Shown: positions 6,415-7,479 of the stretch, piece after piece | Numbering within the stretch: the stretch's first letter is position 1 | Layout of the letters: the number at the start of each line of letters is the position of its first letter | Assembly (NCBI GenBank): GCA_001179505.1 | Contig: CDMY01000978.1 | Coordinates: forward strand, 1-7,479 | Origin: Vitrella brassicaformis CCMP3155 | Taxonomy: Eukaryota > Protista > Chromerida | DNA: 7,479 nucleotides | Direction of reading: 5' to 3' | Program-made: the position numbers and the translations under genes | The notes under the pieces: generated by a model | Databases searched by the model: none | What the model saw: the letters and a program-made list of their open reading frames with translations, nothing else | What the model was told of the DNA's origin: nothing

Positions 6415-7376
6415 CGCCATGCAACACCGAGAGCTAGGGGCCGAGATTTCACGGTCCGAGGTTTCACCCCCGCCAGGCGCCGGTATTTTCACGGCTTTGT
6501 CGGCGATGAGAAGCTCCAAACGGCCATCGATTTGGAAGTTCTTCATTGCGGGATGCAGCGTGACGCTTGCGTAGGCAGTCAGGTCGTCCGTCGTGGTCAG
6601 AACCACCGCCGGACGGCCGGTCCGAAGACAGGATGGCCCCTCCTTCGTAGATTACCTTGAGACCAGGCTCGCCGTCCGGGATGGACCAGGTCGCTTGCGT
6701 GCCATTGGGAAAGGTGACGTCGACGTCTCCAAGGGCATGAATGCCGACGAAATTGCAGTCAGGACCTGGGCAGAGTTGAGAGCCAGGGCAGTTCGTGATG
6801 AGTTTGGGGGTGTCATCAAGGATATCCCTTCCGATGACAATGCAACCGAGGGAGGGCAAGGAAGCTCCAAGAAGCAGCTTCTACGTCGTCGCATGGTATC
6901 GGCTTTCTTGGAGCTTCAAATCATGCTGATCGGCCTCGCTATGTGTAGCTTTACTATCAAGGCCTACTATGACATCACAGAAGTCAATAGGATCAGCGCC
7001 GAATGGCTCATGTATGTGTTCTGTCTGCCGTGGGTCTGTTCGTCGCAACAGCACTTTTTCTTGCAGTTAGCTCTTCATGTATGCGCGTACACCAGTTTGC
7101 TGAGGACGAGGGTGGGGAGGACGATGAAGATGAGGACGAAGCATAGCCTCACTCATTCTGCTATATAAGTACCTACATCTGTGTACATCTTCGTGTTCTA
7201 AGAATAAGTGAATTTGCAGTGAGGCAGGTAAAGGCCGAAGCCTCATTCATGCATTGAGTCCTTCACTCCTTTAAGTAGATACATGAACGGGCGACGAAGT
7301 TCGTCTAAGCATCAGTCGTATCAAGCAAGGGAAAAGGAACAATACATGCGAAGAACAATGGACAAGCTCTCGTTGA

Positions 7377-7468
7377 CTGCGAAAACATGTCGCACACTGC
7401 AAACAAGCGCGAGACATGCAAACAAGACACACACAATCACGAAATCCAGGTCCAGCCAGCCACCTTAC
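7377..7468 (-). other. Possible intron (5' UTR of gene 1, further upstream coding exons, or another gene)
   Basis: Candidate donors GTAAGG (7468) or GTGGCT (7463), a TG/T-rich body, and acceptors TTTGCAG (7397) or TTTTCGCAG (7377). No coding frame could be assigned. Confidence 0.35.
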
Positions 7469-7479
7469 AGCCCCGGAGC

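Larger units (their letters stand above)
3464..7156 (-). pseudogene. Disabled multi-exon gene with a C-terminal class II-like (CCA-adding/poly(A) polymerase head) nucleotidyltransferase domain
   Basis: Well-supported exons: 5454-4278, 4199-4034, 3969-3896, 3869-3766, 3693-3464, all GT-AG with consistent phases. Probable 5' exon ~7156-6415, linked by a phase-0 intron 6414-6167 that is now followed by an insertion. Lesions: TAA 7069-7067, TAG 6883-6881, frameshift ~6620, frameshift ~5330, TAA 5233-5231, frameshift ~5025, catalytic DxD>HxD at 4130-4128, frameshift ~3543. Confidence is about 0.8 for 5454-3464 and about 0.5 for the 5' part. Confidence 0.7.

Noticed and set aside
6214-6600. Plus-strand gene start MDKAPPW... 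using 31-nt (6369-6399) and 30-nt (6571-6600) introns
   Set aside because: It needs two ad hoc tiny introns to avoid stops. The same DNA is better explained as the minus-strand intron 6414-6167 plus the exon above it.
6815-6980. Retropepsin-like motifs on minus (VIVGLDSKATHS ... CIVIGRDIL)
   Set aside because: The essential Gly of D[ST]G is Lys, the spacing is only about 40 aa, and the flap-like VTFPNG lies after rather than between the motifs.
7083-7152. Signal-peptide-like VRLCFVLIFIVLPTLVLSKLVYAH on minus
   Set aside because: It has no in-frame ATG and is followed by TGA. It is one frame of a low-complexity (TCC/TCA/TCG)n tract that reads poly-Ser or acidic in other frames.

Overview
Intron-rich eukaryotic DNA. 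The intron style (GTACGT/GTGAGA/GTAAGG donors, TG-rich bodies, CATCAG/TGTCAG acceptors, mostly 50-120 nt) suggests a chromerid/apicomplexan-like alveolate such as Vitrella; this is inference only. By hand, two tandem minus-strand multi-exon genes can be reconstructed. Both carry many frameshifts and in-frame stops while most splice sites survive, so they look like unprocessed pseudogenes (or an error-rich assembly). Gene 1 (~7156->3464) ends in a compact class II-like (CCA-adding/PcnB head) nucleotidyltransferase domain. Gene 2 (~2922->291, probably continuing left) has a helical TPR-like N-terminus, two CCCH zinc fingers and several KH-like units. A 60-bp minisatellite family occurs twice (1-243 and 5457-6137). 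The right copy sits in a 702-bp insertion with a 10-bp target-site-duplication-like repeat, an A-rich tail and 5' microhomology, placed exactly on a splice acceptor of gene 1, so it looks like a retroposed minisatellite element. No rRNA, tRNA or CRISPR array is supported.
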